The notes below the pieces were generated by a model. The model saw nothing but the letters and a program-made list of their open reading frames with translations, was not told the origin of the DNA and ran no database searches. This document shows positions 26,483 through 35,488 of a DNA stretch of 64,000 nt, piece by piece. Position 1 is the first letter of the stretch; every line of letters begins with the position of its first letter. This DNA is from Parcubacteria group bacterium Greene0714_7. Lineage in GTDB: Bacteria; Patescibacteriota; Minisyncoccia; Phycocordibacterales; Phycocordibacteraceae. A program made the translations under genes and the position numbers. The stretch is taken from NCBI GenBank assembly GCA_007378985.1, contig VMHB01000002.1, positions 158,273 through 222,272 on the forward strand, read 5' to 3'.

Positions 26483-27481
26483 ATGAAAAGCATCGTAAAA
26501 TTCTTCGGAATTTCAATTCTCGTTTCTCTCACTGGTCTTGGGCTTGTGTATTACTATCTCGGACTTACAGCTTTTGTAACTGCAGTTTTGTTGGTGCTCC
26601 TCGAAATAACTCTTTCCTTTGATAACGCTGTTGTAAATGCGCGAGTGCTCGTCAAGATGAACGAAAAATGGCAAAGACGTTTCCTCACTTGGGGGATTTT
26701 TATTGCGGTGTTCGGCACGCGTATCGTACTCCCTATTGTTATCGTTTCTGCGGTTGTAGGTATCGCTCCGTGGCTTATTGCGCACATAGCGCTTTTTGAT
26801 CCAAGTCACTATGCTGAGCTTCTTGAGAGCGCGGCACCATCAATTCATTCGTTTGGTGCCGTCTTTCTTCTGCTGGTCGCGTTAAAGTATTTTCTTGACA
26901 GTAATAAAACTCGCCACTGGATCCAATTCATTGAGCGACACCTCTCATTGTGGGGGAGAATTGAGGCACTTGAAATACTTCTCGCGCTCATCGCGGTAGC
27001 TGTTATTTCTTTCTTTGTTCCATCCGCAGAACAGGCGAGTGTTTTGATTGCGGGGATTTTTGGCGTGATTGTGTTTATTGCTATGGAAGGGATAACGAGC
27101 GCATTTTCAGTTGAGACAAAGGCTGGAGTCTCGGGCAGTCTCGGACTGTTCTTTTATTTAGAAGTACTGGACACCGCCTTCTCTCTTGATGGAGTTGTTG
27201 GAGCATTTGCGTTAACTACGGCACTCCCTGTTATTGCGGTGGGCTTAGGTATTGGAGCGTACTTTGTCCGTTCTCTGACTATCTATATGGTTAGACAGCG
27301 CACGCTCGATGCTCTTGTGTTCTTAGAGCATGGTGCACATTGGGCAATCTTTGGGCTTGCGGTGAGTATGCTGGTGAGTCTTCTTACGCACGTTCCAGAA
27401 TTCATTACAGGAACTATTGGTATTGCATTCGTTCTCGCTGCCTACTATTCGTCGCTCCGTCTTAATAAGAAAACACGCTAG
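26483..27481 (+). CDS. TerC/DUF475-like integral membrane protein
   Basis: LEITLSFDNAVVNA motif, multi-TM. Confidence 0.5.
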   Translation: MKSIVKFFGISILVSLTGLGLVYYYLGLTAFVTAVLLVLLEITLSFDNAVVNARVLVKMNEKWQRRFLTWGIFIAVFGTRIVLPIVIVSAVVGIAPWLIAHIALFDPSHYAELLESAAPSIHSFGAVFLLLVALKYFLDSNKTRHWIQFIERHLSLWGRIEALEILLALIAVAVISFFVPSAEQASVLIAGIFGVIVFIAMEGITSAFSVETKAGVSGSLGLFFYLEVLDTAFSLDGVVGAFALTTALPVIAVGLGIGAYFVRSLTIYMVRQRTLDALVFLEHGAHWAIFGLAVSMLVSLLTHVPEFITGTIGIAFVLAAYYSSLRLNKKTR

Positions 27482-27538
27482 AACTATTACCCACAGGGCT
27501 GTTTCCTCGAGGTATCGATTTGATACAATTATTTATAA

Positions 27539-28129
27539 GTGAAATACTTCATTGCTCACCTCCTTTCTGGAGATGCAAAACAGTATCATGCGGGACTAAC
27601 TCGCGCGCTTGCATCGAAGTACCGTATCACACCTCTCCACGACAGGATTCCACCGCATATCACCATCAAACCTCCTTTTGAGACTGATGAGGCTGGGATA
27701 CAGGAGGTTGAACGCATCCTCCGTTCATTTGCACACCATGAACGCCCACAACCCCTTGTTGTGAATGGGTTTGGTCGCTTTGGTTTTCGCACTGTGTATA
27801 TGGATATCTACAAGAGTGTGGAAGCAGTGTCCTTAGTGCGTCGTCTAATTCATGCATTGAATACAAATATTACGTGGATGCCAGCATATCCCCTTGAAGG
27901 GAATAAGCTTCATGCATCTGTGGCGCGTTTTTTAAACCGAAAACAATTTCGGCGAATATGGCGCGAACTTCGAGTGCTACGACCTCATTTCGAATCAACT
28001 CTAGACACTATAGTAATTTTGAAGAAAGAAGATCGCGTATGGAAAGTGATGGCCTCGATACCTCTTCGAGGTGAGGCATCAGGATGGGTTGTTGTGGGGC
28101 AAATGTATCGTAAGCAAGTTGAAGTATGA
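27539..28129 (+). CDS. 2H phosphoesterase superfamily protein (LigT/2'-5' RNA ligase-like)
   Basis: two HxT/S motifs: PPHITIKPPF and LHASVARF. Confidence 0.65.
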   Translation: MKYFIAHLLSGDAKQYHAGLTRALASKYRITPLHDRIPPHITIKPPFETDEAGIQEVERILRSFAHHERPQPLVVNGFGRFGFRTVYMDIYKSVEAVSLVRRLIHALNTNITWMPAYPLEGNKLHASVARFLNRKQFRRIWRELRVLRPHFESTLDTIVILKKEDRVWKVMASIPLRGEASGWVVVGQMYRKQVEV

Positions 28130-28135
28130 GATACC

Positions 28136-28909
28136 TCACACTTCAAGGAAGGTCAACAAGAGCATGAGCGCGATACCGACGATGAATGCGCCAAGTTCGA
28201 TCGCGCCCCGCATCACCCCTCTTGTTTTATGTAATTCAGGGATGAGATCTGTTGCAGCGATGTAGATAAATGCACCTGCAGTGAACGCTCCAGCGAATGC
28301 CCCAACCAGCTCAAATGAGGAGCTGAGTAGAAGAAGAAATCCTGCTCCGAGAAATGCCGTAAGCGCTGAAAGAAAATTGAAAAAAAGAGCTTTCGTTCGC
28401 GAGAACCCGCTGTGCACGAGGAGAGCATAGTCAGCGATTTCCTGTGGAATCTCATGGAGGAATACAGCGACCACAGTCGCGAATCCGACAATTGGAGAGA
28501 TGAGAAACCCCGCGGCAATTACTGCTCCGTCAAGCAGATTGTGGATACTGTCTGCGAGTAAAACCATTGGGGCAAGATGTTTGGGGTGATGTAGCGCTTC
28601 TTCCATTTCGTGCTCTTCCTCGGCTCCGTGATGAGCGTGATGCCAGCGTAAGTATTTTTCAAGGATGAAGAAGACCACGACGCCGGTTAAAAGTGCAAGA
28701 CCGAATGCTCGTTCATCACCAATCTTTTCGAGGGCCTCAGGTATCAAGTGTATTACCGCGTCTCCGATCAATGTTCCAGCAGCAAGCCCTACGAGAATGA
28801 AGAGCATCTTTTTCATCATCTCTTCCCTCATCGAGAATGCGGCGATGCCGGCGAATGATACTAAACTCACCGCACTGATACTTATGAATATGTAGGCAGT
28901 TGTTCCCAT
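28136..28909 (-). CDS. ZIP-family metal (zinc/iron) permease
   Basis: HNLLDGAVIAAGF and HEIPQEIADYALL ZIP signatures; His-rich loop HHAHHGAEEEHEMEEALHH. Confidence 0.8.
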   Translation of the reverse strand: MGTTAYIFISISAVSLVSFAGIAAFSMREEMMKKMLFILVGLAAGTLIGDAVIHLIPEALEKIGDERAFGLALLTGVVVFFILEKYLRWHHAHHGAEEEHEMEEALHHPKHLAPMVLLADSIHNLLDGAVIAAGFLISPIVGFATVVAVFLHEIPQEIADYALLVHSGFSRTKALFFNFLSALTAFLGAGFLLLLSSSFELVGAFAGAFTAGAFIYIAATDLIPELHKTRGVMRGAIELGAFIVGIALMLLLTFLEV

Positions 28910-28921
28910 GATGTCAGTTAT

Positions 28922-29341
28922 TTATTTAGTCGCGCAGAGTGTGCAGAGACCAAAAAGTTCTAGCGAATGGTTGATAATCTTGGTGAACCCCTTTGACTGT
29001 TTTAGGGCTTGCTGTGCGATTGGTTGGTAGTCGCATCCAGTGAAATCTTCTATTTTTTTGCAACTCACGCACACAATGTGGTGATGGTCGCTTTTGCCCT
29101 CTTTAAGTTCGTAGAGGGCACGCCCTAGTTGGAGGTCAACTTGTGCAACCAGCCCTACGCGCTTGAACGCCTCGAGTGTGCGGTACACGGTTACTGTATC
29201 AACACCTTTCGTTCCCATTTTTACCTCCTGCACGCTCATAGGATATGACGCTTTCTGCAAGACATTGAAGATGCGAATGCGTGGTGCGGTTACTCGGAAA
29301 CCTCTTTTTTTGAGGGCGTCTGCGACGACAGTCATAGTCAT
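28922..29341 (-). CDS. Fur-family metalloregulator (likely Zur)
   Basis: DNA-binding N-domain, HHHIVCVSCKKIEDF...CTLC metal sites; upstream of ZIP permease. Confidence 0.75.
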   Translation of the reverse strand: MTMTVVADALKKRGFRVTAPRIRIFNVLQKASYPMSVQEVKMGTKGVDTVTVYRTLEAFKRVGLVAQVDLQLGRALYELKEGKSDHHHIVCVSCKKIEDFTGCDYQPIAQQALKQSKGFTKIINHSLELFGLCTLCATK

Positions 29342-29346
29342 GATAC

Positions 29347-29379
29347 TATTCTACTTGCAAATAAATTGCAAGTAGAATA
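29347..29379. promoter_or_regulatory. perfect palindromic Fur/Zur-box-like operator TATTCTACTTGCAA-ataaat-TTGCAAGTAGAATA
   Basis: 14-bp arms, located 6 nt upstream of fur-family gene start and overlapping putative -10. Confidence 0.6.
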
Positions 29380-29477
29380 CGGCGCAGGGCACCTTTGCGT
29401 ATCGAAAAGGTTCGTAAGGATAAGGTCAGATCTTCGTCCCAGTGAGAGCTCCACGCTAACCTTATTAAATATGTCTA

Positions 29478-30338
29478 GTGATATACTGGGCGCATAGCAG
29501 TAATATATTCTTCTCTATGGATGAACTTAAAGATACTCACGATCACTCACATCACCACGGACTTTTGAAAAGTCGTTTGGTTATGAAATTATTTGCAGTG
29601 TTTCTAGTCGTTGCGACTATTTTTGTTGGAGCAAAGGCAATTAATGCCATTGTTAACTTTGACACTCTGGCGCAGCCTCCGACCAATGTCATCTCTGTTA
29701 CAGGGGAAGGAAAAGTTTCTGCATCGCCAGACATTGCCACAATTTCTTTCAGTATCTCTGAAGATGCTGATACTTCTGCACAGGCGCAAGATGCGGCCGC
29801 AAAGAAGATTAATGTTGCCCTTGCATTGTTGAAAGATCTCAAAATTAACGAGAAGGACATCAAGACTAGTTCATACAACATTTCACCTCGTTATTCGCAA
29901 CCAACGCCGTGCTATGGGGCGGTTCCTTGTGTCTATAATCAGGAGCAAAAGATCATTGGCTTTACAGTCTCAGAAACCGTTGAGGTGAAGGTTCGCAAGA
30001 TCGATGACACAGGGAAAGTGCTCTCGGCTCTCGGTGAAGCAGGAGTTACAAATCTCTACGGACCGAATTTCTCAGTTGAGGATCCAGACGGCTTGAAAGC
30101 TGAGGCTCGTAAAGAGGCGATAGACAAGGCTCGCGCGCAGGCAAAGGAGCTCGCCAAAGATCTTGGTGTTCGTTTGGTACGAGTAGTAAATTATTCTGAA
30201 GGTGGCGGATACCCTATCTACTACGCCAAAGACATGGCGGTGAGCGCAGGCGCTACTGCACCACGTCCAGAAGTATCTGTCCCAACAGGGGAGAATGAAA
30301 TCATCGTGAATGTCTCGGTGACGTACGAGATACGGTAG
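29478..30338 (+). CDS. SIMPL-domain (DUF541/YggE-like) periplasmic protein
   Basis: VTGEGKVSASPDIATISFSI... SIMPL signature; N-terminal TM. Confidence 0.7.
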   Translation: MIYWAHSSNIFFSMDELKDTHDHSHHHGLLKSRLVMKLFAVFLVVATIFVGAKAINAIVNFDTLAQPPTNVISVTGEGKVSASPDIATISFSISEDADTSAQAQDAAAKKINVALALLKDLKINEKDIKTSSYNISPRYSQPTPCYGAVPCVYNQEQKIIGFTVSETVEVKVRKIDDTGKVLSALGEAGVTNLYGPNFSVEDPDGLKAEARKEAIDKARAQAKELAKDLGVRLVRVVNYSEGGGYPIYYAKDMAVSAGATAPRPEVSVPTGENEIIVNVSVTYEIR

Positions 30339-30375
30339 GGTTAGGTTCTAGGTTCTAGGTTCTAGGTTCTAGGAA
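30339..30375. repeat. tandem heptamer repeat (ggttcta)x5
   Basis: ggttaggttctaggttctaggttctaggttctagg directly after stop codon. Confidence 0.85.
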
Positions 30376-30393
30376 AAAAGCGTTTAGGGGAAA

Positions 30394-30420
30394 CCCCAGC
30401 AAAAGCTGGGGTTTTTTGTA
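30394..30420 (+). terminator. rho-independent terminator
   Basis: ccccagcaaaagctggggttttttgt. Confidence 0.65.
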
Positions 30421-30472
30421 CCCTAAATATGCTATTGACAGGATAGCTTAGGAGTGTTATCATATAGTAATT

Positions 30473-30958
30473 ATGGGAGAAAGAATATCTTCTGAGGCAG
30501 AGTTTGTTTCAAGAAAACCTTCAAAGAAAGCGTCTATTTGGGCTACATTAGGTCTTGCTAGTGCGTTGGCGGGAACAGCGCCTGCTCCTGCAGAAGCAGG
30601 GCAGGATTTTAACTGGGGTCAATTTGCTCAAGGTGCGGTGAATGGGTATGTCGATGCGAGACGAAGACAGGAAGATGAGCAGCGATGTCTTCGGGTACAA
30701 ATAGACTCGGCTAATGAGCTTCTAATCAACGCTAGGGATGATTTTCGTTATGACACTGAGAGGGCAAACGAGGATGCTGACAGTGCCCTCGAGTCGCTTA
30801 GTCGTCGCACTGACCTTACCCCTGCAGCCCGAGACATTGAACGACGCAGAATAGAAACAAGTAGAACTCGTTCTTTGTCCTCCGCTCAATCTCGTTTTGC
30901 TACAGCCCGTCGTATTGCTGATGAGCGAGTGCAGAGTTGCAGACCTCGACAATGGTAG
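30473..30958 (+). CDS. hypothetical secreted Arg/Ala-rich coiled-coil protein (GC-rich ORF)
   Basis: signal-like ASIWATLGLASALAGTAPAPAEAG; high Arg/Glu content; apparent GC above neighbours. Confidence 0.4.
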   Translation: MGERISSEAEFVSRKPSKKASIWATLGLASALAGTAPAPAEAGQDFNWGQFAQGAVNGYVDARRRQEDEQRCLRVQIDSANELLINARDDFRYDTERANEDADSALESLSRRTDLTPAARDIERRRIETSRTRSLSSAQSRFATARRIADERVQSCRPRQW

Positions 30959-31005
30959 GTTTTTAGTCGCTCTTGACCTAATAGTCTCAATTTGATACCT
31001 TAATC

Positions 31006-31028
31006 AAAGCCCTCGCAGGGCTTTTTTT
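31006..31028 (+). terminator. terminator abutting secE start
   Basis: aaagccctcgcagggcttttttt. Confidence 0.55.
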
Positions 31029-31220
31029 ATGAAAAAATTCATTGAATACATCAAGGCAGTACGAAATGAGCTCACGCATGTGTCGTGGCCAACTCGAAAT
31101 CAAGCAATTCTCTATACCTTGCTCGTCATCGTTATTTCTATCGCGGTCGCTCTTATGCTTGGCGCTTTTGATTTCGTGTTCACATTAGGACTAGAGCAAC
31201 TTATCCTTCTTAAGAAATAA
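31029..31220 (+). CDS. secE: preprotein translocase subunit SecE
   Basis: 63 aa single-TM protein with ...[11 protein letters not shown]... immediately upstream of nusG. Confidence 0.8.
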   Translation: MKKFIEYIKAVRNELTHVSWPTRNQAILYTLLVIVISIAVALMLGAFDFVFTLGLEQLILLKK

Positions 31221-31225
31221 TCTGT

Positions 31226-31768
31226 ATGGCAAAACAAACAGAAGGAACACGAGGTTGGTACGCGGTGCACACATACTCAGGATATGAGAATGCTGTTCTC
31301 CGTAACTTAAAGCAACGCATCGATTCCTTGAACATGCAGGACAAGATTTTCAATGTGGTCATTCCTACCGAGAAGAAAATTAAAGTGGTGGGTGGCAAAA
31401 GAAATACCGTTGAAGAAAAAATTTACCCAGGATACATTTTAGTCGACATGATTGTTGACGATGAAAGTTGGTATATTGTTCGCAATACTCCTCGTGTGAC
31501 AGGCTTCGTGGGCTCTGGTGTGACTCCCGTGCCTTTGACAGAAGAGGAAATGAATATTCTCTTTAAGCGCATGTCCACTGATATTGCAAAACATAAAATT
31601 GATTTTGCTGTTGGCGAGCCTGTTATTGTTGCAGATGGTCCTTTCAAAGATTTGGAGGGTCGCATTGGCGAAATTGATGAGGAGAAGGGTAAGGTGAAGG
31701 TGTTGGTGTCTATGTTTGGTCGCGAGACGCCAGTTGAGCTCGATTTTTTGCAAGTTAAGAAAATATAA
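31226..31768 (+). CDS. nusG: transcription termination/antitermination factor NusG
   Basis: [18 protein letters not shown] domain and C-terminal KOW ([18 protein letters not shown]). Confidence 0.85.
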   Translation: MAKQTEGTRGWYAVHTYSGYENAVLRNLKQRIDSLNMQDKIFNVVIPTEKKIKVVGGKRNTVEEKIYPGYILVDMIVDDESWYIVRNTPRVTGFVGSGVTPVPLTEEEMNILFKRMSTDIAKHKIDFAVGEPVIVADGPFKDLEGRIGEIDEEKGKVKVLVSMFGRETPVELDFLQVKKI

Positions 31769-31783
31769 GTATCATCAACGCAT

Positions 31784-32203
31784 ATGGCAAAAGTAGTAAA
31801 GAAAATTAAGCTTCAGGTTCCAGGTGGTAAAGCAACGCCTGCGCCTCCAGTCGGAACGGCACTCGGTCCTGCTGGCGTTAACATCGGTCAGTTTGTTCAG
31901 CAGTTCAATGCTGCAACACAAGACCAAATGGGCGACATTCTCCCTGTTGAGATTTCGGTCATGGACGATCGCTCGTTCACTTTCATTGTTAAGGTTTCTC
32001 CAGCATCACGACTTCTTTTGAAATGGGCAGGTTTGGAGAAGGGTTCTGGAAAGGTTCCAACGGTAAAAGCAGGTTCAATCACAAAAGCTCAACTCAAGGA
32101 AATTGCTGAGAAGAAGATGCCAGACCTCAATACCAAAGATACTGAGCAAGCAATGAAAATCATTGCAGGCACCGCTCGCTCGATGGGTATTGACGTGAAG
32201 TAG
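31784..32203 (+). CDS. rplK: 50S ribosomal protein L11
   Basis: [37 protein letters not shown]. Confidence 0.9.
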   Translation: MAKVVKKIKLQVPGGKATPAPPVGTALGPAGVNIGQFVQQFNAATQDQMGDILPVEISVMDDRSFTFIVKVSPASRLLLKWAGLEKGSGKVPTVKAGSITKAQLKEIAEKKMPDLNTKDTEQAMKIIAGTARSMGIDVK

Positions 32204-32205
32204 CT

Positions 32206-32415
32206 ATGCTTGAAAGCGCCAATAGTCCCGAGAGCAAGTTTTGGGAGGCAGTAAGTCGTTGTACTGCATGCAGAACGGGAGGCAAACCTCGAACCACCAG
32301 TACTTTTCGTGGGGCTAGTGTTTCTATTGGTGTCATGTGCGACAGTCATTTCAATGAATTTCGCCGTCTACCCGATCATGTGGTACATCCAGTTACGGAG
32401 TTCGACATGATCTAG
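32206..32415 (+). CDS. hypothetical 69-aa protein occupying the position where rplA (L1) normally follows rplK
   Basis: ORF only; no L1 similarity. Confidence 0.2.
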   Translation: MLESANSPESKFWEAVSRCTACRTGGKPRTTSTFRGASVSIGVMCDSHFNEFRRLPDHVVHPVTEFDMI

Positions 32416-32479
32416 AAAAGTTGCTTACGTTCAAAGTATATTCTGAGATTACAGTTTTCGATTTTTAAGGCACAATGCG

Positions 32480-33220
32480 GTGATGGAAGTCACCGCATTT
32501 TCTATTGATATTCTTCACCCCCCGAAGGATGATTTATTTTCCAAAATAAAAGCATCCTCGCTTACTCTCGAGGAGGGCGATGTTGTGGCAATTTCATCAA
32601 AGGTTGTTTCTATATCTGAAGGTAGGTGTGTGGAGCGTGATTTTACAAAGAAGGATGAGTTAGTGAAACAAGAAGCTGACTGGTACATCCCACGTGAAGA
32701 CATGCGAGATGGTGCGGTGGTGCATACCATCACGAACGGTATTCTTATTCCCTCAGCGGGGATTGACCCATTAGGGCAATACTATGTTCTTTGGCCTGAA
32801 AACCCACAGAAATCTGCTGAGAAACTTTTAGAGTGGTTTAAGGAAACATATGGCGTAAAAAATCTGTACCTCATCATGACGGATTCTCGCAGCGTGTTCC
32901 TCCGCAAAGGTGTCGTAGGTATTGCGCTTGCGTGGGCAGGTTTTGAACCGATCTTTAGCAATAAAAACCGTATCGACATTCTCGGCACTCCCTCCGGTGG
33001 GAGTCAGACTAATATCCCAGACTCTCTCGCCGCTACAGCCTCTTTTGTGATGGGGGAGGCAAATGAGCAAACGCCTGTCGTGCGTATTCGGAACGCTCCT
33101 TTCATTGGTGACTCTAAGCATGTAAGTGCTGATTCCTTTTCTTCGACTATAGAGGAAGATCTCTTTGAGCCGTTTTTGAAAAATGTAGGGTGGCAGAAAG
33201 GTGAAGGGGAGAGGAGTTGA
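32480..33220 (+). CDS. CofE-like F420-0:gamma-glutamyl ligase family protein, paralog 2
   Basis: VVAISSKVVSISEGR, SAGIDPLG, GVVGIALAWAGF, NIPDSLAATASFVMGEANEQTP motifs; roughly 30 percent identity to paralog 1 by eye. Confidence 0.65.
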   Translation: MMEVTAFSIDILHPPKDDLFSKIKASSLTLEEGDVVAISSKVVSISEGRCVERDFTKKDELVKQEADWYIPREDMRDGAVVHTITNGILIPSAGIDPLGQYYVLWPENPQKSAEKLLEWFKETYGVKNLYLIMTDSRSVFLRKGVVGIALAWAGFEPIFSNKNRIDILGTPSGGSQTNIPDSLAATASFVMGEANEQTPVVRIRNAPFIGDSKHVSADSFSSTIEEDLFEPFLKNVGWQKGEGERS

Positions 33221-33569
33221 CGAGCCATCTTTTGGGGAGTACTTATATATACGTAGGGTAGTTATTAGAGTGATTAGTCAGCTTTATTATTTACTGCTAA
33301 GTATATGAATCTATCAGCACATGAGGCCTCGGGGGTAGGTGTTCGAAGGGGTCGAGGTAAAGAATCTGAATCAACATGTTCAAGTGCAAGGTCCGAGGGC
33401 GGTAAGCATGTATGGAGGTACTTCGGTGCGTATCCCGCATTGAGTCTTAAGGCACGGAAGGAGTGCATTAACTGCAATTTGTCACTTGTAGATAGGAATT
33501 AATCTCGTTCCCTCGCTGATTTTGAATGGTGTCCTTGACTTATGTATTTTTGTGCTGTAGTATATAGAA

Positions 33570-33788
33570 ATGCCAGAAAAACCAAAACGTTTTCCTCCAA
33601 ACATTTCGGCTAGGAGTCTAGTTGAAGGACGCCTTAAATATGTTGAGGATTGTCCTGGTGGCGGTAAGCACGACTGGGGCTCTGCAAACGCATTTACAGA
33701 GGTGGACAAAGGAAGTATGTCAGGGCACGTCTCTATTCTCGTGTGTTCAAAGTGCCACCAAGAAGCCCGTGTTCCGTTGACTGTCTAA
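33570..33788 (+). CDS. small Cys-containing hypothetical protein
   Basis: 72 aa; preceded by sigma70-like TTGACT-17-TAGTAT promoter at ~33536. Confidence 0.3.
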   Translation: MPEKPKRFPPNISARSLVEGRLKYVEDCPGGGKHDWGSANAFTEVDKGSMSGHVSILVCSKCHQEARVPLTV

Positions 33789-33794
33789 AAATCC

Positions 33795-34292
33795 TTAGGG
33801 TTTTCTCTCTAAGATTATAAAAGAGTACGAAATTCCTTCGTGCTCTTTTTTTTCTTCGGAAATAACTTTTGTGAATTCTGGGTACTCAGGAAAAAAGACA
33901 TCAGCTGGTTTCTCGTCATCGATAAGTGTGAGGTCGAGAGTATCAGTGTAGGGGAGTGCTAACTTGTATATTTCCCCGCCTCCTATAATAAAGATTTTCT
34001 CTTGGTCTAGTTCCCGTGCTTTAGCGAGGGCATCTTCAATGGTGTGTACCACAATGACACCCTCATGTGTATAGCCTGTGTCTCTTGTTACCACAATAGT
34101 TGGTCGTCCAGGGAGCGCTCTACCCATTGATTCAAAATTCTTTCGCCCACTGATAATCGGATGTCCGAGTGTTGCATCACGAAAATGTTTCATGTCCTCA
34201 GGGATCTTATAGATAAGATTATTATCCTTACCCAAACCCCTGTTCCTTCCTATTGCCGCAATAGCTATTATCTTTGCTTTTTGGTTTTGCAT
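33795..34292 (-). CDS. folA: dihydrofolate reductase
   Basis: IIAIAAIGRNRGLGKDNNLIYKIPEDMKHFRDATLGHPIISGRKNFESMG. Confidence 0.85.
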   Translation of the reverse strand: MQNQKAKIIAIAAIGRNRGLGKDNNLIYKIPEDMKHFRDATLGHPIISGRKNFESMGRALPGRPTIVVTRDTGYTHEGVIVVHTIEDALAKARELDQEKIFIIGGGEIYKLALPYTDTLDLTLIDDEKPADVFFPEYPEFTKVISEEKKEHEGISYSFIILERKP

Positions 34293-34337
34293 TTTTCTTC
34301 TCCTACACCCTAGTGGCTATACCCTATACCCTAAACC

Positions 34338-35030
34338 CTAACTTCGGTGCCATGGGTGGTGCTTTTTGATGTCACGGTCTGCCCAGAGTTTTGGCAACAT
34401 TGTTTCAGGTTTCCATGTTTTCTTTAGTTTCGCGACATCGGTAGTTGTTTGGTATTTACCAGTTTTTGTATAGTCACCTGCAAGAATAGGTCCAGTTTCA
34501 AAAAATACTATCTGTGCGATTCTGCGACCAACAACAAGAGGAATTATGTAGTGCTGTGATGCGTTTGAAATTTCCATGACCCAACGATTGGTGTATCCCA
34601 CATCTCCCCAGCCTGCGCATTTGCACACATTGATGAAGTTACGACCCATTGAAGAGCGAGCTTTCATCATTGTGGTGACAGTGTCTTTCCCACCAATGAA
34701 CTCTTGTGTGTGAGCAAGAATTGTTTCGCCTGGTTCCATTAAAATGACTTTGTCGTCAGGGCGGATACCATCAAATGAGAAGTTGAAATTCTTGAGTTCT
34801 TCTTTGGCTGTTTTGGCACGACGAGGCTTCGTATCCCAAACTATTTCAGTATCTGATTTGCTATATACATTGTAGATTTTCTTGTGGCCTTGAGGTGGTT
34901 GTTCTTTAAAATACCATTCGCCCAAAGTTACGTCATAGCTTGATGTTGCGAGGTTTTCACGCTGGAACGGTTCAATAATGACCGTGCCCGCTTTCATGTG
35001 CTCGAGGATTTTTTTGTCAGAAAGTGCCAT
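34338..35030 (-). CDS. dcd: dCTP deaminase family protein
   Basis: MALSDKKILEHMKAGTVIIEPF...ENLATSSYDVTLG dUTPase-fold signature. Confidence 0.7.
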   Translation of the reverse strand: MALSDKKILEHMKAGTVIIEPFQRENLATSSYDVTLGEWYFKEQPPQGHKKIYNVYSKSDTEIVWDTKPRRAKTAKEELKNFNFSFDGIRPDDKVILMEPGETILAHTQEFIGGKDTVTTMMKARSSMGRNFINVCKCAGWGDVGYTNRWVMEISNASQHYIIPLVVGRRIAQIVFFETGPILAGDYTKTGKYQTTTDVAKLKKTWKPETMLPKLWADRDIKKHHPWHRS

Positions 35031-35163
35031 CTTAGATTTTGTTAGTGAGTTTTACGAACTTAGAAAATCTTAGACCCTGTTAAATAGCCACGTTGCGTGG
35101 CTCCTGTCATACAGGATTTAATGGGGTTGAATATCACTAGTTCACTTTCGTTCATAAGTTTTT

Positions 35164-35430
35164 CTAAATCTTACACCCTGTTAAATACGACTTGAGGCGT
35201 GTATATAGAAACATTTTACCATGATGTGTTTTTAAATACTTTTCGCGTCGAATAGCGTCTTTGCGGTCTAAACATGCTTCTGAGTATATAAGTTTGAATG
35301 GTCTGCGTAGCTTTGTCGAAGTCACAGTACCTTTCTTATGTGCCTCAAGTCGTTCTTGCAAGTTTTCTGTGTATCCGGTGTAGAGTTTCCCATCTTTCTC
35401 TGAGAGGAGCACATATATGTACTGAAACAT
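35164..35430 (-). CDS. small GIY-YIG nuclease-domain protein (YhbQ/UPF0213-like)
   Basis: YIYVLLSEKDGKLYTGYTENLQERLEAHKKG GIY-YIG core; ATG at 35430 (listed ORF uses upstream TTG). Confidence 0.7.
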   Translation of the reverse strand: MFQYIYVLLSEKDGKLYTGYTENLQERLEAHKKGTVTSTKLRRPFKLIYSEACLDRKDAIRREKYLKTHHGKMFLYTRLKSYLTGCKI

Positions 35431-35488
35431 ACGCTTGCAAGGATTTAACAGGGTTAACAAAAATATACTCGCTTCGCTCGTTATTTTT

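Noticed and set aside
30339-30375. Possible CRISPR array (tandem ggttcta x5 and other tandem heptamers such as gcgtata x3 at 36322)
   Set aside because: The units are 7 nt with no spacers and no cas genes nearby. These are microsatellite-like tandem repeats, not CRISPR.
33225-33560. ncRNA (RNase P, 6S or riboswitch) in the 340-nt spacer after CofE-like paralog 2
   Set aside because: It contains GCGGTAAG resembling an RNase P CR-II fragment but no P4 or other conserved regions. Only a promoter-like TTGACT-17-TAGTAT for the downstream small ORF could be supported.
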